Shown one piece after another: positions 9,575 to 18,744 of a stretch of DNA of 64,000 bases. How positions within the stretch are numbered: the stretch's first letter is position 1; every line of letters starts with the position of its first letter. A model generated the notes under the pieces. It saw only the letters and a list, made by a program, of their open reading frames with translations, was not told where the DNA came from and searched no databases. A program made the translations under genes and the position numbers. The stretch lies in IMG/VR virus record IMGVR_UViG_3300046543_000266, positions 153,606-217,605 of that record; one strand, 5' to 3'.

Positions 9575-10189
9575 TTACACTCGCTTGTTGATTAAGGGCA
9601 TACGGCTACTGTCTTCGACCATCTTGACGATGCCCATCGGCTGGTAGTCAAGGTATTTACCAAGACCGGCTTCCAGACCATACAGACCGATGAAGCTGCA
9701 GTCCAGTTGGTGCGGAGGCGTCCGACAGACACGGTACAGCTGATCAAGAGTGTAGCCTTCGAACCGCCGATGGAACTCGTTCTTCCACGTTGCCGCGGTG
9801 ATGTACTTGACAGGAACGTTGTAGCGGCCAGCCAGCAGACCGTTCATCATCGAGACGCATTCAATGAGCGGACCCATCGAACTACCACCACGCGTCTGGA
9901 ACCGTTCGGCGATGATGCCGTTCGGTTGATAAAGATCGATCCACCTACCAACCTCAGTCAAGAACAGATCGCGCTGCGGGCCGAACTTCGTCAGATCGTA
10001 GATTGGATTGGTCAGGATGGCGTTAGCCAGAACCCCGACCTTTCCGTTCTCGTTCACGGCAACTACCGAGATTCCCATATTGCGACTTCCCGGGTCGAAT
10101 GCCAGCACCCGCTTCGTTGTGGGCTTCAGCTTCACATTGTCCGGCAAGTCATATTCCCGATTGGGCTTTCGTATTTTTCTGCGGGCCAT
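9575..10189 (-). CDS. ruvC: RuvC-like Holliday junction resolvase
   Basis: VLAFDPGSRNMG and IIAERFQ RNase H-fold catalytic motifs. Confidence 0.8.
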   Translation of the reverse strand: MARRKIRKPNREYDLPDNVKLKPTTKRVLAFDPGSRNMGISVVAVNENGKVGVLANAILTNPIYDLTKFGPQRDLFLTEVGRWIDLYQPNGIIAERFQTRGGSSMGPLIECVSMMNGLLAGRYNVPVKYITAATWKNEFHRRFEGYTLDQLYRVCRTPPHQLDCSFIGLYGLEAGLGKYLDYQPMGIVKMVEDSSRMPLINKRV

Positions 10190-10216
10190 CTCGTGTTACC
10201 TCGTATTCACATACGG

Positions 10217-10223
10217 TTAAATT
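10217..10223 (-). promoter_or_regulatory. AATTTAA motif
   Basis: Intergenic, upstream of the ruvC-portal run. Confidence 0.45.
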
Positions 10224-10237
10224 GCGACAATCCGCAA

Positions 10238-12517
10238 TTAACGTAAGCCCCTGAATCCTCGGAAGGCGCCACCACTGCGTCCGGCACTGGCGGGCATCGG
10301 CATGGTTGCACGACTCCCGTCGTACGTCCAGTCCTTGGCTTCGTTCAAGCGTTCCATGATTTTCGGATCGTGTAGCTTGGCACCCCACAGCACGAATGCA
10401 CGGAAGATGTCGTCTGTGAATCCGTCACCCTTCTCAGGGCAGCGCGCTTCGCCAACATCTTTCACGGTAACGATCTGGAGCATCAAGTGCGGGACAGGCT
10501 TGCCGAACATATCCGTCTTGTAGTTCTCGACACGTCCGTCCAATATCATACGTTTCTCGGCGTCGTTGATGGTTGGGGCGACGATGTTCTTCTGTCCAAG
10601 CATTGCCACCACTGCGTTGAAATCCTTCCGACGCGGACTGTACTGACGCGCCAAACAACGCGGCTTCTGCGACGGGTTGTTACCCATGTCATCCTTCGCA
10701 CGGTTCAGCAAGTCGATGGATTGCCACTGATCCGCCAGCAATGCCACAGCGTTGAGTTGCTTGAGCATCGGGAGGATCACGTGCTGATACATCATATTGT
10801 GATTGATGCGTCGGCCGTCATGTGGCATACACTCGATGACTGTAGTCAACACGCTCTTGCCTGAGTTGAAGTCGTAGTGACCGCCACACAGCGTGAACGA
10901 GTTATCTACTACTCCAGCGTCGATAGTTACCAGTGACGGCCAGCGGAAGCTACGAACACGATCCAGCTTGAGGTAGACCTCGTCGGCCTTGTCGTACTGG
11001 TAGGTTGCGTTGTGGCTGTTCTGACCGTTAACGAAGATCTCCTCTTCAACAACCTTGGGCTGAATGAACCGCGAGTGTACCGACGGCGGATTAGCCCCGA
11101 AGTCTCGCTCAGCCTTTTCCGGATTGGAGTTGTAGGCCATAGCGATGATCGGATCGTCCTTTTCCATTTCCGGGTGCATTTCCCATGTCGGGAGATTCAC
11201 GCCCAGAATGTACTTGGATCCCACTTCGGTGCGCGACTCAGCCAGCAATCGCATCACCTTATCGCGCTTCGAGATCGGCGACGACACGCACATCATCAGA
11301 GCAGATGGAGCACTGGAAAAGCCAGCGGCCAGCAACTTGCGGCTCACCTTCTGCACCGTAGTCAGACTGTTGGTCAGTGACTTGTGTGCTTCGTCAGCGT
11401 TGGCGCGCTCGGACTGTTCGTCCTCATCTTCGTTACCTTTCGGCAGCGGGAACAAACCCAATTCGTCAAGGGCAGCGCCGATGCGTGTGTCACCCCGGAG
11501 GGTAGTAGAGTTCGGCCCACTCGGGTAGAACTTCATGTTGCGGTGATGGAACGTCAGGTACATTGACGAGTCGCGATACAGTTCTGTGCCTGAACGGGCC
11601 TTGGTATCGTCCAACACTTCGAAGTATGATTGGAACCAGGAACTGTTGTCAATCAGCTTCTTGAACGGAGTCCACAACACGCCGACGGCCTTGTTGAAGT
11701 TCAAGCTGACCATCGTACAGGTCAACTGCGTCGAGGCTTGCATCATAGTAGGAGCGAGCTCCGCGATGTTCGGAAACATCAAATACTGATGGGCCATGTA
11801 CGCAAAGTAGCCAGCGGCCGACGATGATTTGCCGGATCGCTGGCCCAGAACGTTGACTAACTGCTGATAGTGATGCAGACCGTGGTTCTTTATCAGATCC
11901 CACTTGTGACGCTTGCACTTCGGACATACACCGTGCTCCAGCATCACCACGCTCTTCTTCAGGCGATCTGGTTCCAGTGCCTTCGGAATGTTGTAGATGT
12001 CGAATACGCGCTTGTCCGAACAGCACGGGCAGATCTCGGCGAACAACATCAGGCCGATCCACATCTGGCGCGCCCACGGAACGCTGTACTTCGGAGCATC
12101 ACGCGACAGCACATTCATAGTGAAGTCGTAGAAGTTCTTGGCATGAGTAAGCTGTCGTGTATCGATCTTCAGATCACGTAGCGTACCCGTTGCCGGATCC
12201 TCCGCGTCGTTCATGTAAGCCAGGATGTCGAAGTCATCGACGGCCATACCACCTTCTTCGAATCCACCATGCTTGATGATGTACTCGTCAGGCGAGATCT
12301 CCTTGAACTTGATCTTCTTGCCCTTCTTCTTGGCAAGTTTAGCCTTCAGCATCCGCTTCTCGTGGATGCGTTGCATGTCGTCGTCAGACAGCAAGCCCTT
12401 CAGGAAGACGTCGGCATCCGCGTCCATCAAGCTGTCGGTACGAGCCGTTGCCAAGCGATCACTCGCAGACTCCACGGCATTATAATCGATCTTCTGCATG
12501 GCAATCCTATTCTTCAA
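10238..12517 (-). CDS. terL: Terminase large subunit
   Basis: Walker A GQRSGKS, Walker B AALDELG, CVSSP coupling motif, nuclease TIDAG and TDDIFRA. Confidence 0.9.
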   Translation of the reverse strand: MKNRIAMQKIDYNAVESASDRLATARTDSLMDADADVFLKGLLSDDDMQRIHEKRMLKAKLAKKKGKKIKFKEISPDEYIIKHGGFEEGGMAVDDFDILAYMNDAEDPATGTLRDLKIDTRQLTHAKNFYDFTMNVLSRDAPKYSVPWARQMWIGLMLFAEICPCCSDKRVFDIYNIPKALEPDRLKKSVVMLEHGVCPKCKRHKWDLIKNHGLHHYQQLVNVLGQRSGKSSSAAGYFAYMAHQYLMFPNIAELAPTMMQASTQLTCTMVSLNFNKAVGVLWTPFKKLIDNSSWFQSYFEVLDDTKARSGTELYRDSSMYLTFHHRNMKFYPSGPNSTTLRGDTRIGAALDELGLFPLPKGNEDEDEQSERANADEAHKSLTNSLTTVQKVSRKLLAAGFSSAPSALMMCVSSPISKRDKVMRLLAESRTEVGSKYILGVNLPTWEMHPEMEKDDPIIAMAYNSNPEKAERDFGANPPSVHSRFIQPKVVEEEIFVNGQNSHNATYQYDKADEVYLKLDRVRSFRWPSLVTIDAGVVDNSFTLCGGHYDFNSGKSVLTTVIECMPHDGRRINHNMMYQHVILPMLKQLNAVALLADQWQSIDLLNRAKDDMGNNPSQKPRCLARQYSPRRKDFNAVVAMLGQKNIVAPTINDAEKRMILDGRVENYKTDMFGKPVPHLMLQIVTVKDVGEARCPEKGDGFTDDIFRAFVLWGAKLHDPKIMERLNEAKDWTYDGSRATMPMPASAGRSGGAFRGFRGLR

Positions 12518-13226
12518 TTACCGGCGAACGTTTAGGTGTGGGTGTCTTGGGCGTGTCGTCGGAAGACGCTGCTGATTGGGCTTTCTCTTTCGGCCTACGA
12601 CGTTCATCGTCGGAAAGCGCCGGGAAGATGATATTCGCTGGCTGCTTAGGCGTGATTGAGTTGATCAACGAGTCGACTGCAGACCGCGGCAATCCAAGAT
12701 ACTTTGCAATGTAGCGAGCCATCAACAATTGAGATCCGGTCGCTACCATGCGTTCAAATTGCGCGAATTGGGTATTGTCGACCTCAGCGTTCAAGGTACG
12801 CTGGACTACCTCACGTGCTTGCGAGGTGCCCGCCTGAACGGCCAGAGTAAGCGGTCCGAGGTCATTAAGGAAGAACTCTCGTACACGCTCGATGTTGGAT
12901 TGGAGGGCGACTGGAAGCTCGTCAGAGTAGGCACTCTTACGGATCTCCACCTCCTCGGTGATGAGGGATAGTGCGTGCGGGGCCACCACCTTCTTGGTAG
13001 CATTCAACGACTCGTCGAAGGACTGGGTCGGACGGTAGAAGAAGCGGGAACGCCTGGACTTGGTGGTCTTTTTCTTTTTCTTGGGTGCTTCGGGAGCTTC
13101 CACTTCGGGTTGCTGCTGTGACTTCGGTGTCGGGTGGGCCATCACAGTCAGCGCACTGAGAAGATCGTCTGCCACGTCCTCCTGCTTCTTGGTGGACAAA
13201 CTCAGGTGGGATAAACGACTTGCCAT
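12507..13226 (-). CDS. Hypothetical protein
   Basis: Start reassigned to ATG 13226 (MASRLSHL). The ORF-track extension overlaps recA out of frame. Confidence 0.7.
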   Translation of the reverse strand: MASRLSHLSLSTKKQEDVADDLLSALTVMAHPTPKSQQQPEVEAPEAPKKKKKTTKSRRSRFFYRPTQSFDESLNATKKVVAPHALSLITEEVEIRKSAYSDELPVALQSNIERVREFFLNDLGPLTLAVQAGTSQAREVVQRTLNAEVDNTQFAQFERMVATGSQLLMARYIAKYLGLPRSAVDSLINSITPKQPANIIFPALSDDERRRPKEKAQSAASSDDTPKTPTPKRSPVIEE

Positions 13227-13258
13227 TGCGGACCTCTGACTGTGATGGTTGATTACGA

Positions 13259-14812
13259 TTACTCTTCTGCGTCGTCGTCCATGGACTTCGACTTCTTCTG
13301 GTTGCGTTTCGCTACGTACAACTCTTCGCCAACGCCGGAAGCCAACTGGCGGAAGCACCACGAACGCAGATTCATAGGCTTGTAACCCATGCGGTTCGAA
13401 TGCTCGGTCATCTTGGCCTTGTCGCCGAGGACCCATTCCTTGAGTTGCGCCCAGCTGATGACCTTCTTACCAGCGCCCAGACCCTTGAGGTCGATATACA
13501 TATTTTTCCGATTCTTGCCGGTGAGCTGGCCCGTCTGGCGGAGATAGTACACCGTGTCGAAGAACGGGTCGAAACCGCGAGCTTCACCACTGCCGTCTTC
13601 TTCCCACAAGCGAACGAAGCCCATACGACCCGGCGTCCACAGCTTGTTCTTGATAGCCTTGAACCGGACGTAGCGATAACGGTCGGTGCCCTCTACTTCT
13701 ACCGACGGCTCGTGCTCGCGACGATCTTCCGCGTCGAACTTCGGATTGAACGGCAGGTTCGAGGCCAACGGCGTCCATTGGATACGCACGTCACTGTTGA
13801 AGCGCAGTGCCTGTCCACCCGGTTCTGCTTCCTTCGGACCGTACATCGCCATCGGAACAGCACGCAGCTGATTGATACCAATGACCGCGACCATCTTTGA
13901 TGCCAGACGACCCTTCACGCGCGGCAGATGCTTCGAGAACATACGCGCTTGCAACGCCAGCGAGTTGTCGCCGTCTTCCTTGTCGTTCGACGTCGGGTTC
14001 ATTGCCGGATACGAGTCGACCAAGATCAGAGCTTGCAGTGCTCCATCGGGTGCCGGGATCCAGATGCCCTTGCCGTACTTCTTGGACATCGTCTTGTCGG
14101 AATGGCTATCGAGCTTCGCCTTGTTTTCCTTCGTCTCGTCGAACACGAGCCACCACTTACCCGCGATGAACTTCTTGTCCGGCAGCTTCTGCAGCATGTC
14201 GTGCAACCAGTCGAAGAACTTCTCGCCGATGGTTTCCGCACGATAACGCACACGCGGAGCCACCGTCCACTTGCCGGTTTGCGCGTCCTTCTTGCCGAAC
14301 ACTTCCTTGATCGAGATCTTCGCGCCGCAGGTACGCAGAATGTTGGCGACGTAGGGCTTGGAGTTCTTGGTCGAACCTTCGTAGTCCGCCAGCCCGATGA
14401 TCGGGATGTTGGCGTTGATACCAGCGGCCATGATGTGCAGCGCGCCAGTAGTCTTACACGACTGTTCCGGGCCGAAGTGGGTGTACCATGCCGGGCGGAT
14501 ACCACCACCCTCGACGAGGTCCAGCGCCAGAATGCCGGTGGACATCGGCGGTACGTCTTCGAGCAAGTCGCTATCGAAGTCTTGACGGCGGCTGACGTCG
14601 TCGAGCGTATCCGAGTACAGACCAGCGACGTCGAAGGTTACTTCACCCTTCGCACCCTTCTTGCCACGAGGTGCCTTACCTACGACCGCTTCGATTGCTT
14701 CTTCGACTTCGTCTTGCTTGGCGCGGCGTGCTGGAGCTCGCTTGACTGCTGGCGCCTTCTTGGCTGCGACCTTACGGGCCGGAGCCTTAGCTACTGGCTT
14801 CTTTGTTGCCAT
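13259..14812 (-). CDS. recA: RecA/UvsX-like recombinase
   Basis: STGILALD, P-loop variant GPEQSCKT, LILVDSYPAM, INQLR, EPGGQALRFNSDVRI, KAIKNK. Start at ATG 14812. Confidence 0.92.
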   Translation of the reverse strand: MATKKPVAKAPARKVAAKKAPAVKRAPARRAKQDEVEEAIEAVVGKAPRGKKGAKGEVTFDVAGLYSDTLDDVSRRQDFDSDLLEDVPPMSTGILALDLVEGGGIRPAWYTHFGPEQSCKTTGALHIMAAGINANIPIIGLADYEGSTKNSKPYVANILRTCGAKISIKEVFGKKDAQTGKWTVAPRVRYRAETIGEKFFDWLHDMLQKLPDKKFIAGKWWLVFDETKENKAKLDSHSDKTMSKKYGKGIWIPAPDGALQALILVDSYPAMNPTSNDKEDGDNSLALQARMFSKHLPRVKGRLASKMVAVIGINQLRAVPMAMYGPKEAEPGGQALRFNSDVRIQWTPLASNLPFNPKFDAEDRREHEPSVEVEGTDRYRYVRFKAIKNKLWTPGRMGFVRLWEEDGSGEARGFDPFFDTVYYLRQTGQLTGKNRKNMYIDLKGLGAGKKVISWAQLKEWVLGDKAKMTEHSNRMGYKPMNLRSWCFRQLASGVGEELYVAKRNQKKSKSMDDDAEE

Positions 14813-14839
14813 GAGTTCTGTTCCTGGGAAGGGCAAATG

Positions 14840-14878
14840 AAAAGACCCGCCGCGAACGGTCATCTGTTCGGCGGCGGG
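14840..14878 (-). terminator. GC hairpin + U4 (terminator or 5' leader hairpin)
   Basis: CCCGCCGCCGAAC/GTTCGCGGCGGG stem followed by TCTTTTC on the minus strand. Confidence 0.55.
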
Positions 14879-14907
14879 CCCGAGGCTTCACGATGAGTTA
14901 CGTGAGC

Positions 14908-14915
14908 TATTTACT
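14908..14915 (-). promoter_or_regulatory. AGTAAATA motif (class 1 putative promoter)
   Basis: Intergenic, between SSB and recA. Confidence 0.6.
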
Positions 14916-14924
14916 ACTGACGCT

Positions 14925-16463
14925 TTAGCGACGTGCCTTCTTCACCGGAGCCTTCTTACGTGCGGGCGGCTCGTCGTCCTCGTCTTCATCTTCGTCGTCG
15001 AAGTCATCGTCATCTTCATCTTCTTCCTCGACGACCTTCTTGCTTTTGGCTGCCGTCTTCTTGGCGGGAGCCTTGGCTACCGGCTTCTTGGCACCCTTCT
15101 TGGGCGGCGGGGCTTCGTCTTCATCTTCGTCGTCGAAGTCATCTTCATCTTCGTCATCCGAATCTTCGTCCTCGTCCTCGTCTTCCTCGACGGCGGCCTT
15201 CTTGCCCTTGGCTACAGGCTTCTTCGCCGGGGCTTTCTTGGCACCCTTCTTCGGAGCCGGCTCGTCGTCTTCGTCTTCGTCTTCGTCCTCGTCGTCGAGA
15301 TCGTCGTCTTCGTCTTCCGAGTCTTGATCATCCTCGTCGTCCGAATCTTCGTCCTCGTCTTCATCATCGCCGAAGTCGTCCTCGTCTTCTTCGTCTTCCT
15401 CGACCTTCTTGCCCTTCTTGGCCGGTGCAGCCTTACCCTTCTTGGGCGGCGGTGCATCGTCCTCGTCTTCATCTTCGTCGTCGAAGTCATCGGACTCTTC
15501 GTCCTCGTCTTCTTCGTCTTCCTCAGCAGCCTTCTTGCCCTTGCCCTTTGCCGGAGCAGCCTTCTTGGCGGGAGCCGGTTTGCCCTTGCCCTTCTTCGGC
15601 GCCGGTTCGTCGTCCTCGTCCTCGTCTTCCTCGTCGAGGTCTTCGTCCTCTTCGTAGTCGTCTTCAGCAGCCTTCTTGCCCTTCGACTTCACCTTGATGC
15701 CCATGCGCTTTGCCCACGATTCGTAGTCACGCTTGGTTTCTTCTTCCGTCGATTCAGCAGCCAGATCCGACAGGTCCCACGTGAGGAATGCCAGTTCTTC
15801 TTCGGTCAGCGGCGAACGCTCGCCGATCTGCACGGAGTACTGCTCAGCCGGTGCCTTCGTGCTGTCGAACATGATACGCACGTCGCAACCGAACTTATCG
15901 TGGCTGACTGCGTAGGCCGTCGTGCTGCCAGTCTTCTTCGACGTTACCGTGTTGAGGGGCTTCAGTTCAGCCAGCTTGCGGATAGCGCCGCCCGGCAGTG
16001 CCAGAGCAACCCACGGTGTCCACGTTTCCGAGTCCTTGTCCTTGTGGCCCGACTTGCGTTCGGCAGCCGTCGGCTTCGGCAGACGCGACGGTTGCTGCTT
16101 CTGGGCAGCACGCGACAGAGCGTTGCAGTAGAACTTCTTTGCCACCTGAACCGTCTTCTTGTCGTTCTCGCGGATGTCTTCCTCTTCCTGCACGATTGCA
16201 TACCACGGATCGTACTTCGTGGTGTCGAACTGCTGCGTGTCCGGATCGTACGACGGGAAAGAGACCGGGAACTTCGTGGGCTTGCCGTCCTTCGTCTTCG
16301 TCTTGACCCAACCCGTTGCGTAGCTGAACGTCGGTCCGAAGAAGCGGAACGTCACCCACTTCTTTTCCGGGAACTTGAACAGGTTGATCTTGTCGGTGAT
16401 CTTCGGTTTGTCCGAACGGTTGCCAGTGCGGACGTTATCGAAATCTGTACCCTTTTGAGCCAT
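14925..16463 (-). CDS. gp32-like single-stranded DNA-binding protein with long charge-block tail
   Basis: N-terminal ~260-aa aromatic-rich domain (FRFFGP, KKFYCNAL, FGCDVRI, QYSVQ). Adjacent to recA. C-terminal ~250 aa of alternating D/E and K/P/A blocks. Confidence 0.6.
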   Translation of the reverse strand: MAQKGTDFDNVRTGNRSDKPKITDKINLFKFPEKKWVTFRFFGPTFSYATGWVKTKTKDGKPTKFPVSFPSYDPDTQQFDTTKYDPWYAIVQEEEDIRENDKKTVQVAKKFYCNALSRAAQKQQPSRLPKPTAAERKSGHKDKDSETWTPWVALALPGGAIRKLAELKPLNTVTSKKTGSTTAYAVSHDKFGCDVRIMFDSTKAPAEQYSVQIGERSPLTEEELAFLTWDLSDLAAESTEEETKRDYESWAKRMGIKVKSKGKKAAEDDYEEDEDLDEEDEDEDDEPAPKKGKGKPAPAKKAAPAKGKGKKAAEEDEEDEDEESDDFDDEDEDEDDAPPPKKGKAAPAKKGKKVEEDEEDEDDFGDDEDEDEDSDDEDDQDSEDEDDDLDDEDEDEDEDDEPAPKKGAKKAPAKKPVAKGKKAAVEEDEDEDEDSDDEDEDDFDDEDEDEAPPPKKGAKKPVAKAPAKKTAAKSKKVVEEEDEDDDDFDDEDEDEDDEPPARKKAPVKKARR

Positions 16464-16470
16464 GCTGGTG

Positions 16471-16863
16471 TTACTCCTGTGTGGGATGAGTTGGTCTCGA
16501 CGCGCGCCCTTGTGATTGGTTCATCTGGGCGAGCGACATGGTAAGTGCCTTCTGAATACTATTTACTGTGTGCCGCAGAGTTGCATCGTCGAGCGGCGCA
16601 GCGCTATTCAGGGCAACCAGAGTGGTTTGTAGCAATGCCTGTTGATGCACAGCCAGCTGATTGGCACGCGATTCCAAGTGAGCGGCGACGAGCGTAGCAA
16701 ACTTCTCAATGCCGTCAGCGTCCATCTTCTCGCGCATCATCAACGATACCGCTTGTTCTGCCTGTTGAGTGCGCTGCGAATACTCAGCAAGCAATCCCTT
16801 GTGGGCCTGAAGGGATAGTTCGAGACTGGCCTCCCGATTGGCGTTACGGCTAACGTGCGTCAT
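16471..16863 (-). CDS. Hypothetical coiled-coil protein
   Basis: 130-aa ORF coupled to the sigma gene. Confidence 0.7.
   Translation of the reverse strand: MTHVSRNANREASLELSLQAHKGLLAEYSQRTQQAEQAVSLMMREKMDADGIEKFATLVAAHLESRANQLAVHQQALLQTTLVALNSAAPLDDATLRHTVNSIQKALTMSLAQMNQSQGRASRPTHPTQE
16560..16567 (-). promoter_or_regulatory. AGTAAATA motif
   Basis: In the 3' end of the upstream gene, ~100 nt before the SSB start. Confidence 0.5.
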
Positions 16864-16869
16864 TAAATT
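16863..16869 (-). promoter_or_regulatory. AATTTAA motif
   Basis: Overlaps the stop codon of the sigma-like gene. Confidence 0.35.
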
Positions 16870-17834
16870 TCCAATGCGAACGAGCGCAGTAAGTCACGGT
16901 TCTTGCGGCTCACATGCTCGGGGATTCCGAGACTGGCTCGGATATATCCGTGCGTGTCCGCCTGTTTGGCTACGAAGGCGATGTGTTCTTCGAGCTCACC
17001 ACTGGTATCCGGCATTGTGAAGCCGAGGATATCAGAAGCCGCGTCGCCGTGCGCATCGGTCAGACTCTCGACAGACTGGTCCGATTGTCCACGCGCCATG
17101 TTGGCTACTTCAGAGCGCGCACTCTTGAACCAGTTCTGTATGAATGTGGTAAGAACACCTTGCCGCGCGTCACACCGATCAATCGCCCGCGACACCACGA
17201 TCATGTACGTCTGAGCGACGTCGTCCAATGGAACGTAGTGGTTGAAGTCCTTGTAGGTAGCTTGCGCTTGCATGATCGCCATCCGGGTGTACTTCTGGAC
17301 AATCATCTCCTTGAACTCGCGAGCCTTGTCATACCAGTAACGCACCTGCTGGATTGCGCTATACAGACTACCACCCGGACGCAGTCCCATCTCGCGCTCG
17401 ACCTGATGCATCCGTGAGTTGCGCACCACGTTGTCCACACGGGCAAACGGTGAATGCAACCACTCGTAGTGACGCAACTTCTTCAGGAACATCGACAGGA
17501 AGCCGAACAGCAAGCCTCGGTTGATGTACATGGACTTGGCGTGCTCGTGCGCCTTGGTTATGTCCGGGGCGGTGATTACATTGAACAAGTGGATAGCCAG
17601 TTTGGCCCGGTCATCCGACGTGAACTTGGTACTAGCCTTCAGCGACTGGTGCGCCGTGATCTTCGCCAGATAGTTGTTGAACAGCGACGGGCACTCCGCG
17701 TGAATCGGTTCGAGGGCTTTCCAGAGAAACAGGTCGAGCGTCTGCAGATACTGGAGGCTCGTCAGATTGCCCGTGATACTTTCGGTGATACCCTTCAGCG
17801 AGTCGAAGGCGCGGCTGTGCTCGTAGCTTTTCAT
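16863..17834 (-). CDS. Phage sigma-70-like transcription factor
   Basis: Region-2-like MIVQKYTRMAIMQA..Y..DDVAQ..AIDRCDARQGVLTTFIQNW. Confidence 0.7.
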   Translation of the reverse strand: MKSYEHSRAFDSLKGITESITGNLTSLQYLQTLDLFLWKALEPIHAECPSLFNNYLAKITAHQSLKASTKFTSDDRAKLAIHLFNVITAPDITKAHEHAKSMYINRGLLFGFLSMFLKKLRHYEWLHSPFARVDNVVRNSRMHQVEREMGLRPGGSLYSAIQQVRYWYDKAREFKEMIVQKYTRMAIMQAQATYKDFNHYVPLDDVAQTYMIVVSRAIDRCDARQGVLTTFIQNWFKSARSEVANMARGQSDQSVESLTDAHGDAASDILGFTMPDTSGELEEHIAFVAKQADTHGYIRASLGIPEHVSRKNRDLLRSFALEI

Positions 17835-17836
17835 GA

Positions 17837-18289
17837 TTACTTCTTACGTTGAGATACCGGCGAGGGTTTCTGAGGCGGCGGGAGTTTGGACTCGATCTTG
17901 TTGAAGAGGGATACGACATGCTTGCACATCCCTGTGCGAAGCTCGGGATTGGTTTGGATCGGATACTCGCCGTTGGAGTACTCGATATCAGCGGCACCCT
18001 TCTCGTGTAAGGCCGTTTCCCAACGGTACGTGAAGTCGGCGCAACTGCAAGACAGCTTGACGTGCAGTTGCTTGTCCAAGAACACAATCACAGTCACGTA
18101 CTTCTGTGGGTCTGGGTTCTTGACCGGACGGCCCTCGTTGTTGATGACGTGAGTGCTGTAGCTGGCACTCGCCACGTATCCTCGACCTTTAGAGTCGAAG
18201 CCCTTCTTCATATCGGTGATCCGCACGTACTTCGCACCCTCGTGGCGGAGGCGAGTGGTACGGCGGATGATTTGCGGCAATGTCAGCAT
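17837..18289 (-). CDS. SWIM-type zinc finger protein
   Basis: LSCSCADF...CKHV. Confidence 0.7.
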   Translation of the reverse strand: MLTLPQIIRRTTRLRHEGAKYVRITDMKKGFDSKGRGYVASASYSTHVINNEGRPVKNPDPQKYVTVIVFLDKQLHVKLSCSCADFTYRWETALHEKGAADIEYSNGEYPIQTNPELRTGMCKHVVSLFNKIESKLPPPQKPSPVSQRKK

Positions 18290-18319
18290 GATGGATCCTC
18301 GGTGAGCCGAGTAATCAAA

Positions 18320-18448
18320 TTACGTGAAGCTGATGTGCAGGTGTTGGAACAGGTGGATTAGCCAGCCGAACTCCGTGTAGACGCCGATCACCAGCAGAGT
18401 TGCCACCCATAATAACAGTAGGCCAATCCAGAATTCACTCTTGTTCAT
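18320..18448 (-). CDS. Small membrane protein (42 aa)
   Basis: MNKSEFWIGLLLLWVATLLVIGVY hydrophobic helix, ATGA overlap with the upstream gene. Confidence 0.5.
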   Translation of the reverse strand: MNKSEFWIGLLLLWVATLLVIGVYTEFGWLIHLFQHLHISFT

Positions 18449-18720
18449 GGGTATGCAACTCCGGCACGCTCTTGCCATGCAATCACTTCGGGATTGCGCG
18501 TCTTCCAGCGGCCAGCCGGATTTACCTTAGTGCCAGCGCGCGGACGCATGGTTATCACGTTCAGCAGCGTGAGTCGGCTGAGCGCTTCACGCAGAACGGT
18601 ACGGCTCACCCCCAACTGCACAGCCAGATCCAGCTGATCCGGAAGCATACCGCCGGGGCCGACTTTGACTACGAGGTCAACCAACGATTCGAGCGTCTTA
18701 TCTACTTTGCTGACTGCCAT
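18445..18720 (-). CDS. Stand-alone FadR/GntR-family winged HTH
   Basis: LPDQLDLAVQLGVSRTVLREAL...RPRAGTKV GntR signature. No effector domain. Confidence 0.85.
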   Translation of the reverse strand: MAVSKVDKTLESLVDLVVKVGPGGMLPDQLDLAVQLGVSRTVLREALSRLTLLNVITMRPRAGTKVNPAGRWKTRNPEVIAWQERAGVAYP

Positions 18721-18744
18721 GATGCACCTCTTAAGATGGGTGGT

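Noticed and set aside
12507-13436. ORF-track upstream extensions (also 4423, 14863, 22149, 27657, 31720, 50241, 60120)
   Set aside because: They use alternative start codons running into neighbouring genes or structured RNA. Internal ATGs with RBS or ATGA coupling are more plausible.
14925-15700. Dense tandem-like nucleotide repeats (TCGTCTTC...)
   Set aside because: These are Asp/Glu codon runs in a coding region, not a CRISPR array or VNTR. No constant repeat-spacer pattern was seen anywhere in the window.
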